Both the position numbers and the translations under genes were made by a program. The notes under the pieces were generated by a model. That model was given only the letters and a program-made list of their open reading frames with translations. It did no database searches and was not told where the DNA came from. DNA of 64,000 nt, taken from the sequence record PZ386948.1, one strand, 5' to 3'. Shown in pieces: positions 49,746 to 61,688 of this stretch. This DNA comes from a phage. Numbering within the stretch: the first letter of the stretch is position 1; each line of letters begins with the position of its first letter.

Positions 49746-50336
49746 ATGCTCTTTACATTTTTTGATCCGATTGAATATGCGGCCAAAACGGTGAATAAAA
49801 ACGCGCCGACTATTCCTATGACAGATATTTTTAGAAACTATAAAGACTATTTTAAACGCGCTCTTGCGGGATACCGCTTACGTACTTATTATATCAAAGG
49901 TTCACCACGCCCGGAAGAATTAGCAAATACTATATATGGAAATCCACAGTTGTATTGGGTTTTATTGATGTGTAATGATAATTATGACCCGTATTATGGA
50001 TGGATTACTTCACAAGAAGCAGCTTATCAAGCATCTATACAAAAATACAAAAATGTAGGTGGAGACCAAATAGTATATCATGTGAATGAGAACGGTGAAA
50101 AATTTTATAATTTAATATCATACGATGATAATCCATATGTTTGGTATGATAAAGGCGATAAAGCTAGAAAATATCCTCAATATGAAGGAGCACTTGCTGC
50201 GGTCGATACGTATGAAGCTGCTGTTCTTGAAAATGAAAAACTTCGTCAAATAAAAATAATAGCAAAATCAGACATCAATTCATTTATGAACGACCTTATA
50301 CGTATAATGGAGAAATCTTATGGAAATGATAAGTAA
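49746..50336 (+). CDS. 53: baseplate wedge protein gp53
   Basis: 196 aa; first plus-strand gene after divergent late promoters; T4 synteny. Confidence 0.8.
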   Translation: MLFTFFDPIEYAAKTVNKNAPTIPMTDIFRNYKDYFKRALAGYRLRTYYIKGSPRPEELANTIYGNPQLYWVLLMCNDNYDPYYGWITSQEAAYQASIQKYKNVGGDQIVYHVNENGEKFYNLISYDDNPYVWYDKGDKARKYPQYEGALAAVDTYEAAVLENEKLRQIKIIAKSDINSFMNDLIRIMEKSYGNDK

Positions 50337-52047
50337 TAACCTTAATTGGTTTGTTGGTGTTGTTGAAGATAGAATGGACCCATTAAAATTAGGTCGTGTT
50401 CGTGTTCGTGTGGTTGGTCTGCATCCACCTCAAAGAGCACAAGGCGATGTAATGGGTATTCCAACTGAAAAATTACCATGGATGTCAGTTATTCAACCTA
50501 TAACTTCTGCAGCAATGTCTGGAATTGGAGGTTCTGTTACTGGTCCGGTAGAAGGAACTAGAGTCTATGGTCATTTTTTAGACAAATGGAAAACTAACGG
50601 AATTGTCCTTGGCACGTATGGTGGAATAGTTCGCGAAAAACCTAATAGACTTGAAGGATTTTCTGATCCGACTGGACAGTATCCTAGACGTCTAGGAAAT
50701 GATACTAACGTATTAAACCAAGGCGGAGAAGTAGGATATGATTCGTCTTCTAATATTATCCAAGATAGCAATCTAGACACTGCGATAAATCCTGATGATA
50801 GACCACTATCAGAGATTCCAACTGATGATAATCCAAATATGTCAATGGCTGAAATGCTTCGCCGCGATGAAGGATTAAGACTAAAAGTTTATTGGGATAC
50901 TGAAGGATATCCGACAATTGGTATTGGTCATCTTATCATGAAGCAGCCAGTTCGTGATATGACTCAAATTAATAAAGTTTTATCAAAACAGGTTGGTCGT
51001 GAAATTACCGGAAATCCAGGTTCTATTACAATGGAAGAAGCGGTAACTTTATTTGAACGTGATTTGGCTGATATGCAAAGGGATATTAAATCACATTCTA
51101 AAGTAGGACCAGTCTGGCAAGCTGTCAACCGTTCTCGTCAAATGGCATTAGAAAATATGGCGTTTCAGATGGGTGTTGGCGGTGTAGCTAAATTTAACAC
51201 AATGTTAACTGCTATGTTAGCCGGAGATTGGGAAAAAGCATATAAAGCCGGTCGTGATTCATTGTGGTATCAACAAACAAAAGGCCGTGCATCCCGTGTT
51301 ACCATGATTATTCTTACGGGGAATTTGGAATCATATGGTGTTGAAGTGAAAACCCCAGCTAGGTCTCTATCAGCAATGGCTGCTACTGTAGCTAAATCTT
51401 CTGACCCGGCTGACCCTCCTATTCCAAATGACTCGAGAATTTTATTCAAAGAACCAGTTTCTTCATATAAAGGTGAATATCCTTATGTGCATACAATGGA
51501 AACTGAAAGCGGACATATTCAGGAATTTGATGATACTCCTGGGCAAGAACGATACAGATTAGTTCATCCGACTGGAACTTATGAAGAAGTATCACCGTCA
51601 GGAAGAAGAACAAGAAAAACTGTCGATAATTTGTATGATATAACCAACGCTGATGGTAATTTTTTGATAGCCGGTGATAAAAAGACTAACGTCGGTGGAT
51701 CAGAAATTTATTACAACATGGATAATCGTCTTCACCAAATAGATGGAAGCAATACAATATTTGTACGTGGCGATGAAACTAAGACGGTTGAAGGTAATGG
51801 AACTATCCTAGTTAAAGGTAATGTTACTATTGTAGTTGAAGGTAATGCTGACATCACAGTTAAAGGAGATGCTACCACTTTAGTTGAAGGTAATCAAACT
51901 AATACAGTAAATGGAAATCTTTCTTGGAAAGTTGCTGGGACAGTTGATTGGGACGTTGGTGGTGATTGGACAGAAAAAATGGCATCTATGAGTTCTATTT
52001 CATCCGGTCAATACACAATTGATGGATCGAGGATTGACATTGGCTAA
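50320..52047 (+). CDS. 5: baseplate hub / tail lysozyme gp5
   Basis: 575 aa; internal lysozyme domain DEGLRLKVYWDTEGYPTIGIGHL; C-terminal VEGN/VKGN beta-helix repeats. Confidence 0.92.
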   Translation: MEMISNNLNWFVGVVEDRMDPLKLGRVRVRVVGLHPPQRAQGDVMGIPTEKLPWMSVIQPITSAAMSGIGGSVTGPVEGTRVYGHFLDKWKTNGIVLGTYGGIVREKPNRLEGFSDPTGQYPRRLGNDTNVLNQGGEVGYDSSSNIIQDSNLDTAINPDDRPLSEIPTDDNPNMSMAEMLRRDEGLRLKVYWDTEGYPTIGIGHLIMKQPVRDMTQINKVLSKQVGREITGNPGSITMEEAVTLFERDLADMQRDIKSHSKVGPVWQAVNRSRQMALENMAFQMGVGGVAKFNTMLTAMLAGDWEKAYKAGRDSLWYQQTKGRASRVTMIILTGNLESYGVEVKTPARSLSAMAATVAKSSDPADPPIPNDSRILFKEPVSSYKGEYPYVHTMETESGHIQEFDDTPGQERYRLVHPTGTYEEVSPSGRRTRKTVDNLYDITNADGNFLIAGDKKTNVGGSEIYYNMDNRLHQIDGSNTIFVRGDETKTVEGNGTILVKGNVTIVVEGNADITVKGDATTLVEGNQTNTVNGNLSWKVAGTVDWDVGGDWTEKMASMSSISSGQYTIDGSRIDIG

Positions 52048-52576
52048 TATACTTCCAATGAGCGCTGATTTAGGAGAATCCATGGAAGGTTCTTCTATCG
52101 ACGTCACCTTTACCGCTCAATTAGAAACAGGTGAAACGTTAGTATCTATAAATATAACTAGTTACGAAGAAACTCCTGGGGTTTTAGTAGAAGAAAATCG
52201 CTTATATGGAACATATGAATCTGTGTTTGGATTTGGAAATGACGCGTTGAAATATCGTTTAGGCGATGAATTTAAAACTGCTGCTTCATGGGAAGAACTT
52301 CCTACTGATTCTGATACTCAGTTGTATTTGTGGAAAGCTCCTCAAAATCTCCAGAAGACATTCACTTACGAAGTAACATTAATATATGACTACCAAGAAC
52401 AAAGTGAATCTGGAGGTTCTGGCAGTAATTCTAGGTCATCTTCTGATACTACTGAACCGACGGATCCTCCTGCTCCAGTAAGAAAAACTCTCGTTAAAAA
52501 TTATACTAAAACTATAGTTGGAAATTGGAGTCGTTGGGCTAATAAATTAAGAAGCTATGTGTATGAGAGGTCATAG
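52019..52576 (+). CDS. hypothetical protein (5.1 position)
   Basis: 185 aa ORF between 5 and 5.4; start uncertain. Confidence 0.5.
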
Positions 52577-52870
52577 ATGTCAGGATTAAGTTATGATAAA
52601 TGTGTTACTGCTGGTCATGAAGCATGGCCTCCAACAGTTGTGAATGCTACACAAAGTAAAGTATTCACTGGAGGAATTGCTGTTCTCGTAGCAGGTGATC
52701 CAATTACAGAACATACAGAAATTAAAAAGCCATATGAAACACATGGCGGAGTGACACAACCCAGAACTTCTAAGGTATATGTCACTGGAAAGAAAGCTGT
52801 TCAAATGGCTGATCCAATATCATGCGGTGATACTGTGGCTCAGGCATCATCTAAAGTATTCATTAAATAG
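52577..52870 (+). CDS. 5.4: PAAR-repeat spike tip protein gp5.4
   Basis: 97 aa; position and length as T4 gp5.4. Confidence 0.75.
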
Positions 52871-52878
52871 GATTTAAA

Positions 52879-54861
52879 ATGGCAAATACCCCTGTAAATT
52901 ATCAATTAACAAGAACAGCAAATGCTATTCCCGAGATATTCGTCGGGGGTACGTTTGCTGAAATAAAACAAAATCTCATTGAATGGCTTAATGGCCAAAA
53001 TGAATTTTTGGATTATGATTTTGAAGGCTCAAGATTAAACGTTCTGTGTGACCTTTTAGCTTATAATACATTGTACATTCAACAGTTTGGTAATGCTGCT
53101 GTGTATGAAAGCTTTATGCGTACTGCTAACTTACGAAGTTCAGTTGTTCAAGCTGCACAAGATAACGGATATTTACCTACTTCAAAATCCGCTGCGCAGA
53201 CCGAAATTATGTTAACATGCACCGACGCATTGAATAGGAATTACATTACTATTCCTCGCGGAACTCGCTTTTTAGCATATGCAAAAGATACTTCTGTTAA
53301 TCCATATAACTTCGTTTCTACCGAAGACGTTATTGCTATTCGTGATAAAAATAACCAATATTTTCCGCGTTTAAAATTGGCCCAGGGACGTATAGTAAGA
53401 ACTGAAATCATTTATGATAAATTAACACCTATTATCATTTATGATAAAAATATTGATAGAAACCAGGTTAAATTATACGTTGATGGAGCAGAATGGATTA
53501 ACTGGACAAGAAAGTCAATGGTTCATGCTGGTTCTACATCGACAATTTACTACATGCGTGAAACTATTGATGGAAATACTGAATTCTATTTTGGTGAAGG
53601 TGAAATTTCTGTTAATGCTTCTGAAGGAGCTTTGACCGCTAATTATATCGGAGGTCTTAAACCTACTCAGAACTCTACGATTGTTATTGAGTACATCAGT
53701 ACTAATGGTGCTGACGCGAACGGAGCAGTCGGATTTTCATACGCAGATACATTAACAAATATAACTGTCATCAATATTAATGAAAATCCAAACGATGACC
53801 CAGATTTTGTTGGGGCAGATGGCGGCGGTGATCCAGAAGATATTGAGCGTATCCGCGAATTGGGTACTATTAAACGCGAAACCCAGCAACGCTGCGTAAC
53901 TGCGACTGACTATGATACATTCGTTTCAGAGAGATTTGGTTCTATTATTCAAGCAGTTCAGACTTTCACTGATTCTACTAAACCTGGTTATGCATTTATT
54001 GCTGCTAAACCTAAATCAGGTCTGTATTTAACTACCGTACAGCGTGAAGATATTAAAAATTATCTCAAAGACTATAATTTAGCTCCTATTACGCCATCAA
54101 TTATTTCTCCTAATTATCTTTTTATTAAGACTAATTTAAAAGTCACATATGCTTTAAATAAACTGCAAGAATCCGAGCAGTGGCTTGAAGGTCAAATAAT
54201 TGATAAAATTGATCGCTATTATACCGAAGATGTAGAAATTTTTAACTCGTCTTTCGCTAAATCTAAGATGTTGACATATGTAGATGATGCAGATCATTCT
54301 GTCATTGGTTCATCAGCGACTATTCAAATGGTTCGTGAAGTACAAAACTTCTATAAAACGCCTGAAGCGGGTATTAAATATAATAATCAAATAAAAGATC
54401 GTTCTATGGAATCTAATACGTTTTCATTTAATTCTGGACGAAAGGTTGTAAATCCTGATACTGGTTTAGAAGAAGATGTATTATATGATGTTCGTATAGT
54501 ATCAACAGACCGAGATTCTAAAGGAATTGGTAAAGTTATTATTGGTCCATTTGCTTCTGGCGATGTTACAGAAAATGAAAACATTCAGCCGTATACAGGC
54601 AATGATTTTAATAAATTAGCAAATTCTGATGGACGTGACAAATATTATGTTATCGGTGAAATAAATTATCCAGCTGACATGATTTATTGGAATATCGCTA
54701 AAATTAATTTAACATCTGAAAAATTTGAAGTTCAGACTATTGAATTATATTCTGACCCAACCGATGATGTTATCTTTACTCGCGATGGTTCACTGATTGT
54801 ATTTGAAAATGATTTACGTCCGCAATACTTAACTATCGATTTGGAGCCTATATCACAATGA
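52879..54861 (+). CDS. 6: baseplate wedge protein gp6
   Basis: 660 aa; T4 synteny and length. Confidence 0.88.
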   Translation: MANTPVNYQLTRTANAIPEIFVGGTFAEIKQNLIEWLNGQNEFLDYDFEGSRLNVLCDLLAYNTLYIQQFGNAAVYESFMRTANLRSSVVQAAQDNGYLPTSKSAAQTEIMLTCTDALNRNYITIPRGTRFLAYAKDTSVNPYNFVSTEDVIAIRDKNNQYFPRLKLAQGRIVRTEIIYDKLTPIIIYDKNIDRNQVKLYVDGAEWINWTRKSMVHAGSTSTIYYMRETIDGNTEFYFGEGEISVNASEGALTANYIGGLKPTQNSTIVIEYISTNGADANGAVGFSYADTLTNITVININENPNDDPDFVGADGGGDPEDIERIRELGTIKRETQQRCVTATDYDTFVSERFGSIIQAVQTFTDSTKPGYAFIAAKPKSGLYLTTVQREDIKNYLKDYNLAPITPSIISPNYLFIKTNLKVTYALNKLQESEQWLEGQIIDKIDRYYTEDVEIFNSSFAKSKMLTYVDDADHSVIGSSATIQMVREVQNFYKTPEAGIKYNNQIKDRSMESNTFSFNSGRKVVNPDTGLEEDVLYDVRIVSTDRDSKGIGKVIIGPFASGDVTENENIQPYTGNDFNKLANSDGRDKYYVIGEINYPADMIYWNIAKINLTSEKFEVQTIELYSDPTDDVIFTRDGSLIVFENDLRPQYLTIDLEPISQ

Positions 54862-57800
54862 CAGTAAAAGCACCTTCAGTCACTAGTCTCAGAATTTCCA
54901 AGTTATCCGCAAATCAGGTGCAAGTACGCTGGGATGACGTTGGTGCTAATTTCTACTATTTTGTAGAAATCGCTGAGACAAAAACAGACTCGGGGGAAAA
55001 TCTCCCGAGTGATCAATATCGTTGGATTAATTTAGGATATACAGCAAACAATAGTTTCTTTTTTGATGATGCTGATCCACTAACATCATACATCATTAGA
55101 GTAGCTACAGCTGCACAAGATTTTGAGCAATCTGATTGGGTTTATACGGAAGAGTTTGAAACTTTTGCTACGAATGCTTACACATTTCAAAACATGATTG
55201 AAATGCAATTAGCCAATAAATTCATTCAGGAAAAGTTTACTCTTAACAATTCTAATTATGTCAATTTTAATAATGACACTATAATGGCTGCATTGATGAA
55301 TGAATCGTTCCAATTCAGCCCATCATATGTTGATGTTTCATCAATCAGTAATTTTATTATTGGTGAAAATGAGTATCATGAAATACAAGGTTCCATTCAG
55401 CAAGTATGTAAGGATATTAACCGAGTTTATTTAATGGAATCAGAAGGGATTCTATATCTTTTTGAGCGTTATCAACCCGTGGTTAAAGTATCTAATGATA
55501 AAGGACAAACCTGGAAAGCTGTAAAGCTCTTCAATGACCGTGTAGGATATCCTTTATCTAAGACAGTATATTACCAATCTGCGAACACTACATACGTTCT
55601 AGGATACGACAAGATTTTCTATGGCCGCAAATCTACTGATGTTAGATGGTCAGCCGATGATGTCAGATTTAGTTCACAGGATATAACATTCGCTAAACTT
55701 GGCGACCAATTACATCTAGGATTTGATGTAGAAATTTTTGCCACTTACGCGACTTTACCAGCGAATGTATATCGTATAGCTGAAGCCATTACTTGTACGG
55801 ATGATTATATCTATGTTGTCGCCAGAGACAAAGTTAGATACATAAAAACGAGTAATGCACCTATAGATTCTGATCCATTATCTCCAACATATTCGGAAAG
55901 ACTTTTTGAACCTGATACCATGACTATAACCGGAAATCCTAAAGCAGTATGCTATAAAATGGATTCTATTGGTGATAAAGTTTTTGCTCTTATTATCGGT
56001 GAAGTTGAAACATTAAATGCTAATCCTAGAACGTCAAAAATAATTGATTCTACTGATAAAGGAATATATGTTTTAAATCATGACACAAAAACGTGGAAAA
56101 GAGTTTTTGGCAACACTGAAGAAGAAAGAAGACGTATTCAACCTGGGTATGCGAATATGTCAACTGATGGTAAATTAGTTTCTCTATCTTCGAGTAATTT
56201 TAAATTTTTAAATGATAACGTTGTTAATGACCCTGAAACTGTAGCAAAATATCAGTTAATCGGTGCCGTTAAATATGAATTTCCTCGTGAATGGTTAGCT
56301 GATAAGCATTATCATATGATGGCATTTATAGCAGATGAAAAGTCTGATTGGGAAACTTTTACGCCTCAGCCAATGAAATACTACGCAGAACCGTTCTTTA
56401 ATTGGTCTAAAAAATCTAACACACGCTGTTGGATAAACAACTCTAATAGAGCTGTAGTAGTTTATGCTGATTTAAAATACACTAAAGTTATAGAAAATAT
56501 TCCGGAAACATCACCAGATAGATTAGTTCATGAATACTGGGATGATGGTGATTGTACGATAGTAATGCCAAATGTTAAATTCACGGGATTTAAAAAATAT
56601 GCGTCTGGGATGCTTTTTTATAAATCTTCTGGTGAAATAATTTCTTATTATGATTTTAACTATCGTGTGAGAGATACAGTAGAAATTATTTGGAAGCCGA
56701 CTGGAGTATTTTTAAAAGCATTTTTACAAAACCAAGAGCATGAGACTCCTTGGTCGCCAGAAGAAGAGCATGGATTAGCTGACCCTGATTTAAGACCATT
56801 AATTGGCACAATGATGCCTGATTCTTATTTGTTGCAGGATTCGAATTTTGAGGCATTTTGTGAAGCATATATTCAATATCTTTCTGACGGATACGGAACT
56901 CAGTATAATAATTTACGAAATTTAATTCGTAATCAGTATCCACGAGAAGAGCATGCGTGGGAATATTTGTGGTCAGAGATATATAAAAGAAACATTTATT
57001 TAAATGCTGACAAACGTGATGCTGTTGCAAGATTTTTTGAATCACGTAGTTATGATTTTTATTCTACTAAAGGAATTGAAGCATCATACAAATTTCTTTT
57101 TAAAGTTCTTTATAATGAAGAAGTTGAAATTGAAATTGAATCTGGAGCTGGTACTGAATATGATATAATCGTTCAATCTGATTCTTTGACTGAGGATTTA
57201 GTAGGACAAACGATTTATACAGCTACAGGAAGATGTAATGTTACTTATATAGAAAGAAGTTATTCTAACGGTAAATTGCAATGGACCGTGACTATACATA
57301 ATCTTTTGGGGCGTTTAATAGCAGGGCAAGAAGTTAAAGCAGAAAGACTTCCTAGTTTTGAAGGCGAAATTATTCGTGGGGTTAAAGGAAAGGATTTGCT
57401 TCAAAATAATATAGACTATATTAATAGAAGTCGATCATATTATGTAATGAAAATTAAATCCAATTTACCTTCTTCTCGTTGGAAATCTGACGTTATTCGT
57501 TTTGTTCATCCAGTAGGATTTGGATTTATAGCAATCACGCTTTTAACTATGTTTATTAATGTCGGTTTAACTCTTAAACACACAGAGACAATAATTAATA
57601 AATATAAAAACTACAAATGGGATTCTGGATTGCCTACTGAATATGCTGATAGAGTAGCTAAATTAACTCCAACTGGCGAAATTGAACATGATTCAGTAAC
57701 AGGAGAAGCAATTTATGAACCTGGCCCAATGGCTGGTGTAAAATATCCTCTTCCTGATGACTATAATGCTGAAAATAATAATTCAATATTTCAAGGTCAA

Positions 57801-57956
57801 TTGCCTTCTGAACGACGCAAGTTAATGAGTCCTCTATTTGACGCATCTGGAACAACATTTGCACAATTTAGGGATTTAGTTAATAAACGTCTAAAAGATA
57901 ATATAGGAAATCCAAGAGACCCTGAAAATCCAACACAGGTTAAAATAGATGAATGA
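54858..57956 (+). CDS. 7: baseplate wedge protein gp7
   Basis: 1032 aa; T4 synteny and length. Confidence 0.88.
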   Translation: MTVKAPSVTSLRISKLSANQVQVRWDDVGANFYYFVEIAETKTDSGENLPSDQYRWINLGYTANNSFFFDDADPLTSYIIRVATAAQDFEQSDWVYTEEFETFATNAYTFQNMIEMQLANKFIQEKFTLNNSNYVNFNNDTIMAALMNESFQFSPSYVDVSSISNFIIGENEYHEIQGSIQQVCKDINRVYLMESEGILYLFERYQPVVKVSNDKGQTWKAVKLFNDRVGYPLSKTVYYQSANTTYVLGYDKIFYGRKSTDVRWSADDVRFSSQDITFAKLGDQLHLGFDVEIFATYATLPANVYRIAEAITCTDDYIYVVARDKVRYIKTSNAPIDSDPLSPTYSERLFEPDTMTITGNPKAVCYKMDSIGDKVFALIIGEVETLNANPRTSKIIDSTDKGIYVLNHDTKTWKRVFGNTEEERRRIQPGYANMSTDGKLVSLSSSNFKFLNDNVVNDPETVAKYQLIGAVKYEFPREWLADKHYHMMAFIADEKSDWETFTPQPMKYYAEPFFNWSKKSNTRCWINNSNRAVVVYADLKYTKVIENIPETSPDRLVHEYWDDGDCTIVMPNVKFTGFKKYASGMLFYKSSGEIISYYDFNYRVRDTVEIIWKPTGVFLKAFLQNQEHETPWSPEEEHGLADPDLRPLIGTMMPDSYLLQDSNFEAFCEAYIQYLSDGYGTQYNNLRNLIRNQYPREEHAWEYLWSEIYKRNIYLNADKRDAVARFFESRSYDFYSTKGIEASYKFLFKVLYNEEVEIEIESGAGTEYDIIVQSDSLTEDLVGQTIYTATGRCNVTYIERSYSNGKLQWTVTIHNLLGRLIAGQEVKAERLPSFEGEIIRGVKGKDLLQNNIDYINRSRSYYVMKIKSNLPSSRWKSDVIRFVHPVGFGFIAITLLTMFINVGLTLKHTETIINKYKNYKWDSGLPTEYADRVAKLTPTGEIEHDSVTGEAIYEPGPMAGVKYPLPDDYNAENNNSIFQGQLPSERRKLMSPLFDASGTTFAQFRDLVNKRLKDNIGNPRDPENPTQVKIDE

Positions 57957-58953
57957 TTCAAGTGTTATCTATCGTGCGATAGTTACTTCAAAATTTAGAA
58001 CAGAAAAAATGTTGAATTTTTATAATTCAATTGGGAGTGGTCCGGATAAAAACACTATCTTTATCACATTTGGAAGATCAGAACCGTGGTCATCAAATGA
58101 AAATGAGGTGGGCTTTGCCCCACCTTATCCAACCGATTCTGTATTAGGCGTAACTGACATGTGGACGCATATGATGGGAACAGTAAAAGTTCTTCCATCA
58201 ATGCTTGACGCTGTTATTCCTCGCAGAGATTGGGGAGATACTAGATATCCGGATCCATACACATTTAGAATTAACGATATTGTAGTGTGTAACTCAGCTC
58301 CTTACAACGCTACTGAATCAGGCGCAGGCTGGTTAGTATATCGTTGTTTAGATGTTCCTGATACCGGAATGTGTTCAATAGCATCTTTAACTAATAAGGA
58401 TGAATGCCTCAAATTAGGCGGAAAATGGACTCCTTCTGTTAGGTCAATGACTCCTCCTGAAGGTCGAGGAGATGCGGAAGGAACAATCGAACCTGGAGAC
58501 GGATATGTTTGGGAATATCTTTTTGAGATTCCGCCCGATGTATCTATAAATAGATGCACAAATGAATATATCGTAGTTCCTTGGCCTGAGGAATTAAAAG
58601 AAGATCCAACTAGATGGGGGTATGAAGATAATCTCACTTGGCAACAAGATGATTTTGGATTAATTTACCGGGTTAAGGCAAATACTATCCGTTTTAAAGC
58701 ATATTTAGATTCAGTTTACTTTCCTGATGCTGCATTGCCAGGAAATAAAGGATTTAGACAAATATCAATAATCACAAATCCTCTTGAAGCTAAAGCTCAT
58801 CCAAATGACCCAAATGTTAAAGCTGAAAAGGATTATTATGATCCAGAAGATTTAATGAGGCATTCGGGCGAAATGATTTATATGGAAAATAGGCCACCTA
58901 TTATCATGGCAATGGATCAGACAGAAGAAATCAATATTCTGTTTACATTTTAA
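57949..58953 (+). CDS. 8: baseplate wedge protein gp8
   Basis: 334 aa; followed by intrinsic terminator. Confidence 0.88.
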   Translation: MNDSSVIYRAIVTSKFRTEKMLNFYNSIGSGPDKNTIFITFGRSEPWSSNENEVGFAPPYPTDSVLGVTDMWTHMMGTVKVLPSMLDAVIPRRDWGDTRYPDPYTFRINDIVVCNSAPYNATESGAGWLVYRCLDVPDTGMCSIASLTNKDECLKLGGKWTPSVRSMTPPEGRGDAEGTIEPGDGYVWEYLFEIPPDVSINRCTNEYIVVPWPEELKEDPTRWGYEDNLTWQQDDFGLIYRVKANTIRFKAYLDSVYFPDAALPGNKGFRQISIITNPLEAKAHPNDPNVKAEKDYYDPEDLMRHSGEMIYMENRPPIIMAMDQTEEINILFTF

Positions 58954-58958
58954 ATTAA

Positions 58959-58982
58959 GGGAGCCCATGGGCTCCCTTTTTC
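58959..58982 (+). terminator. intrinsic terminator after gene 8
   Basis: gggagcccatgggctccc followed by ttttt. Confidence 0.7.
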
Positions 58983-58984
58983 TT

Positions 58985-58992
58985 TATAAATA
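58985..58992 (+). promoter_or_regulatory. late promoter (TATAAATA) for gene 9
   Basis: Exact TATAAATA 25 nt upstream of gene 9 ATG, just after gene 8 terminator. Confidence 0.65.
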
Positions 58993-59016
58993 CTATAAAC
59001 TCATAAGGAAACCGCT

Positions 59017-59883
59017 ATGTTCATTCAAGAACCAAAGAAATTGATTGATACCGGCGAAATTGGTAACGCTTCTACTGGTGATATCTTATTCGACGGTGGT
59101 AATAAAATTAATAGTGATTTTAACGCAATTTATAATGCGTTTGGCGATCAGCGTAAAATGGCAGTAGCAAATGGCACTGGAGCAGATGGTCAAATTATCC
59201 ATGCTACTGGATATTATCAAAAACACTCTATTGCTGAGTATGCAACTCCAGTAAAAGTTGGCACTAGACATGATATTGATACCTCTACTGTAGGTGTTAA
59301 AGTTATCATTGAAAGAGGAGAACTTGGCGATTGTGTTGAATTCATTAATTCTAATGGATCAATATCAGTTACTAATCCTTTAACGATTCAGGCTATTGAT
59401 TCAATTAAAGGTGTTTCAGGTAATTTGGTAGTAACTACTCCATATAGTAAAGTTACTTTACGCTGTATTTCATCTGATAATTCTACGTCGATTTGGAATT
59501 ATTCTATTGAAAGCATGTTTGGTCAAAAGGAATCACCAGTTGAAGGTACGTGGAATATTTCTACATCTGGATTAGTTGACATTCCATTGTTTCATCGCAC
59601 TGAATATAACATGGCTAAATTGTTAGTTACATGCCAGTCAGCAGATGGAAGAAAAATTAAAACAGCAGAAATAAATATTCTTGTGGATATTGTTAATTCA
59701 GAGGTCATTTCTTCTGAATATGCTGTCATGCGAGTTGGGAATGAAACCGAAGAAGACGAAATCGCTAATATTGCATTTAGTATTAAAGAAAATTATGTAA
59801 CGGCGACTATAAGTTCTTCAACTGTCGGTATGAGAGCAGCAGTTAAAGTTATCGCTACGCAGAAAATCGGGGTGGCTCAATAA
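59017..59883 (+). CDS. 9: baseplate wedge / long-tail-fibre socket protein gp9
   Basis: 288 aa; late promoter TATAAATA upstream. Confidence 0.88.
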   Translation: MFIQEPKKLIDTGEIGNASTGDILFDGGNKINSDFNAIYNAFGDQRKMAVANGTGADGQIIHATGYYQKHSIAEYATPVKVGTRHDIDTSTVGVKVIIERGELGDCVEFINSNGSISVTNPLTIQAIDSIKGVSGNLVVTTPYSKVTLRCISSDNSTSIWNYSIESMFGQKESPVEGTWNISTSGLVDIPLFHRTEYNMAKLLVTCQSADGRKIKTAEINILVDIVNSEVISSEYAVMRVGNETEEDEIANIAFSIKENYVTATISSSTVGMRAAVKVIATQKIGVAQ

Positions 59884-61688
59884 TGAAACAAAATATTAAT
59901 ATCGGTAATGTTGTAGATGATGGTACCGGTGACTACCTGCGTAAAGGTGGTATAAAAATAAATGAAAACTTTGATGAGCTTTATTACGAGCTTGGTGACG
60001 GTGATGTTCCATATTCAGCTGGTGCCTGGAAAACTTATAATGCTTCATCAGGACAAACATTAACAGCAGAATGGGGAAAATCATATGCCATTAACACTTC
60101 ATCTGGAAGAGTAACTCTACAACTTCCTAAAGGAACCGTTAATGATTATAATAAAGTAATTAAAGCTAGGGATGTATTTGCAACATGGAATGTTAATCCA
60201 GTTACTCTAGTAGCCGCTTCTGGTGATACTATTAAAGGATCATCGTCATCAGTTGAAATTAATGTTCAATTTAGCGATTTAGAATTAGTTTATTGTGCTC
60301 CAGGACGTTGGGAATATGTCAAAAACAAACAAATTGACAAAATTATTAGTTCAGATATTAGTAATGTAGCACGTAAAGAATTTTTAGTCGAAGTTCAAGG
60401 ACAAACAGACTTTTTAGATGTTTTCCGTGGAACTAGCTATAATGTTAATAACATCCGAGTAAAACACCGCGGTAATGAATTATATTATGGCGATGTATTT
60501 AGTGAAAACAGTGACTTTGGCTCTCCTGGGGAAAATGAAGGAGAATTGATTCCTCTTGATGGATTTAATATTAGGTTAAGACAGCCTTGTAATATTGGTG
60601 ACACTGTTCAAATTGAAACATTTATGGATGGTGTATCACAATGGAGAAGTTCATATACAAGACGCCAAATAAAAGTACTGGATTCAAAACTAACATCAAA
60701 GACTTCTTTAGAAGGAAGCATTTATGTTACTGATTTATCAGCGATGAAATCAATTCCATTTTCTGCATTTGGATTAATTCCTGGTGAACCCATTAATCCT
60801 AACTCTCTTGAGGTTCGTTTTAATGGAATTTTACAACAACAAGCTGGAACAGCCGGATATCCTCTGTTTTTGTGTGAAGGTGCTAATTCAGATACGCAAG
60901 AAGGATGTATATCTCTTGGTGGTGAATGGAAGGAATCGAATACAGATTATTCTATAGAATATGAAGATGGAAAACCTGTCAGTCTTTTATTTGATAGAAA
61001 ATTTGAATCCGGTGATATAATCGTTATAACATGGTTCAATAATGATTTAGGAACTCTTTTAGAAAAAGATGACATTATTGAATTAACTGATGACCGTTAT
61101 GTTAGTAAAGGATCATCTACTGAAGTTACTGGTGATGTAGCCTTAACAGATTTTGATAAAATCGGTTGGCCAAATGTTGAAAAAGTTGATTCTTATACTA
61201 GAACGTATAATTCAATATCATCTATTTTCGACAGCATTTATCCTGTTGGTTCAATTTATGAAAATGCTATAAATCCAAATAATCCAGTGACTTATATGGG
61301 ATTTGGTTCATGGAAATTATTTGGTAAAGGGCAGGTTTTAGTAGGATGGAATGATGATGTTACAGATCCAAACTTTGCATTAAACAATAATGATTTAGAT
61401 TCTAGCGGAAATCCTTCACATACCGCCGGTGGAACAGTTGGTACAACATCAGTAACGCTTGAAAACGCAAATCTTCCTGCGACTAAAACTGATGAAAGAG
61501 TTTTAATTGAAGACGAAAATGGATCAGTTATTATTGGAGGATGTCAATATGACCCAGACGAAACTGGTCCTATATATACAAAATATCGTGAAGACTACGC
61601 AACAACAAACTCTTCACATACTCCTCCTACTAATATTAGTAATATTCAACCGTCTATTACTGTATACCGTTGGATAAGGATTGCATAA
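59883..61688 (+). CDS. 10: baseplate wedge / tail pin protein gp10
   Basis: 601 aa; T4 synteny and length. Confidence 0.88.
   Translation: MKQNINIGNVVDDGTGDYLRKGGIKINENFDELYYELGDGDVPYSAGAWKTYNASSGQTLTAEWGKSYAINTSSGRVTLQLPKGTVNDYNKVIKARDVFATWNVNPVTLVAASGDTIKGSSSSVEINVQFSDLELVYCAPGRWEYVKNKQIDKIISSDISNVARKEFLVEVQGQTDFLDVFRGTSYNVNNIRVKHRGNELYYGDVFSENSDFGSPGENEGELIPLDGFNIRLRQPCNIGDTVQIETFMDGVSQWRSSYTRRQIKVLDSKLTSKTSLEGSIYVTDLSAMKSIPFSAFGLIPGEPINPNSLEVRFNGILQQQAGTAGYPLFLCEGANSDTQEGCISLGGEWKESNTDYSIEYEDGKPVSLLFDRKFESGDIIVITWFNNDLGTLLEKDDIIELTDDRYVSKGSSTEVTGDVALTDFDKIGWPNVEKVDSYTRTYNSISSIFDSIYPVGSIYENAINPNNPVTYMGFGSWKLFGKGQVLVGWNDDVTDPNFALNNNDLDSSGNPSHTAGGTVGTTSVTLENANLPATKTDERVLIEDENGSVIIGGCQYDPDETGPIYTKYREDYATTNSSHTPPTNISNIQPSITVYRWIRIA

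Noticed and set aside
50571-50780. Minus-strand ORFs inside baseplate genes (also 52586-52804, 54387-54584, 56686-57045, 58302-58637, 61945-62292)
   Set aside because: Antisense to well-supported structural genes 5-12; no RBS or promoter context.
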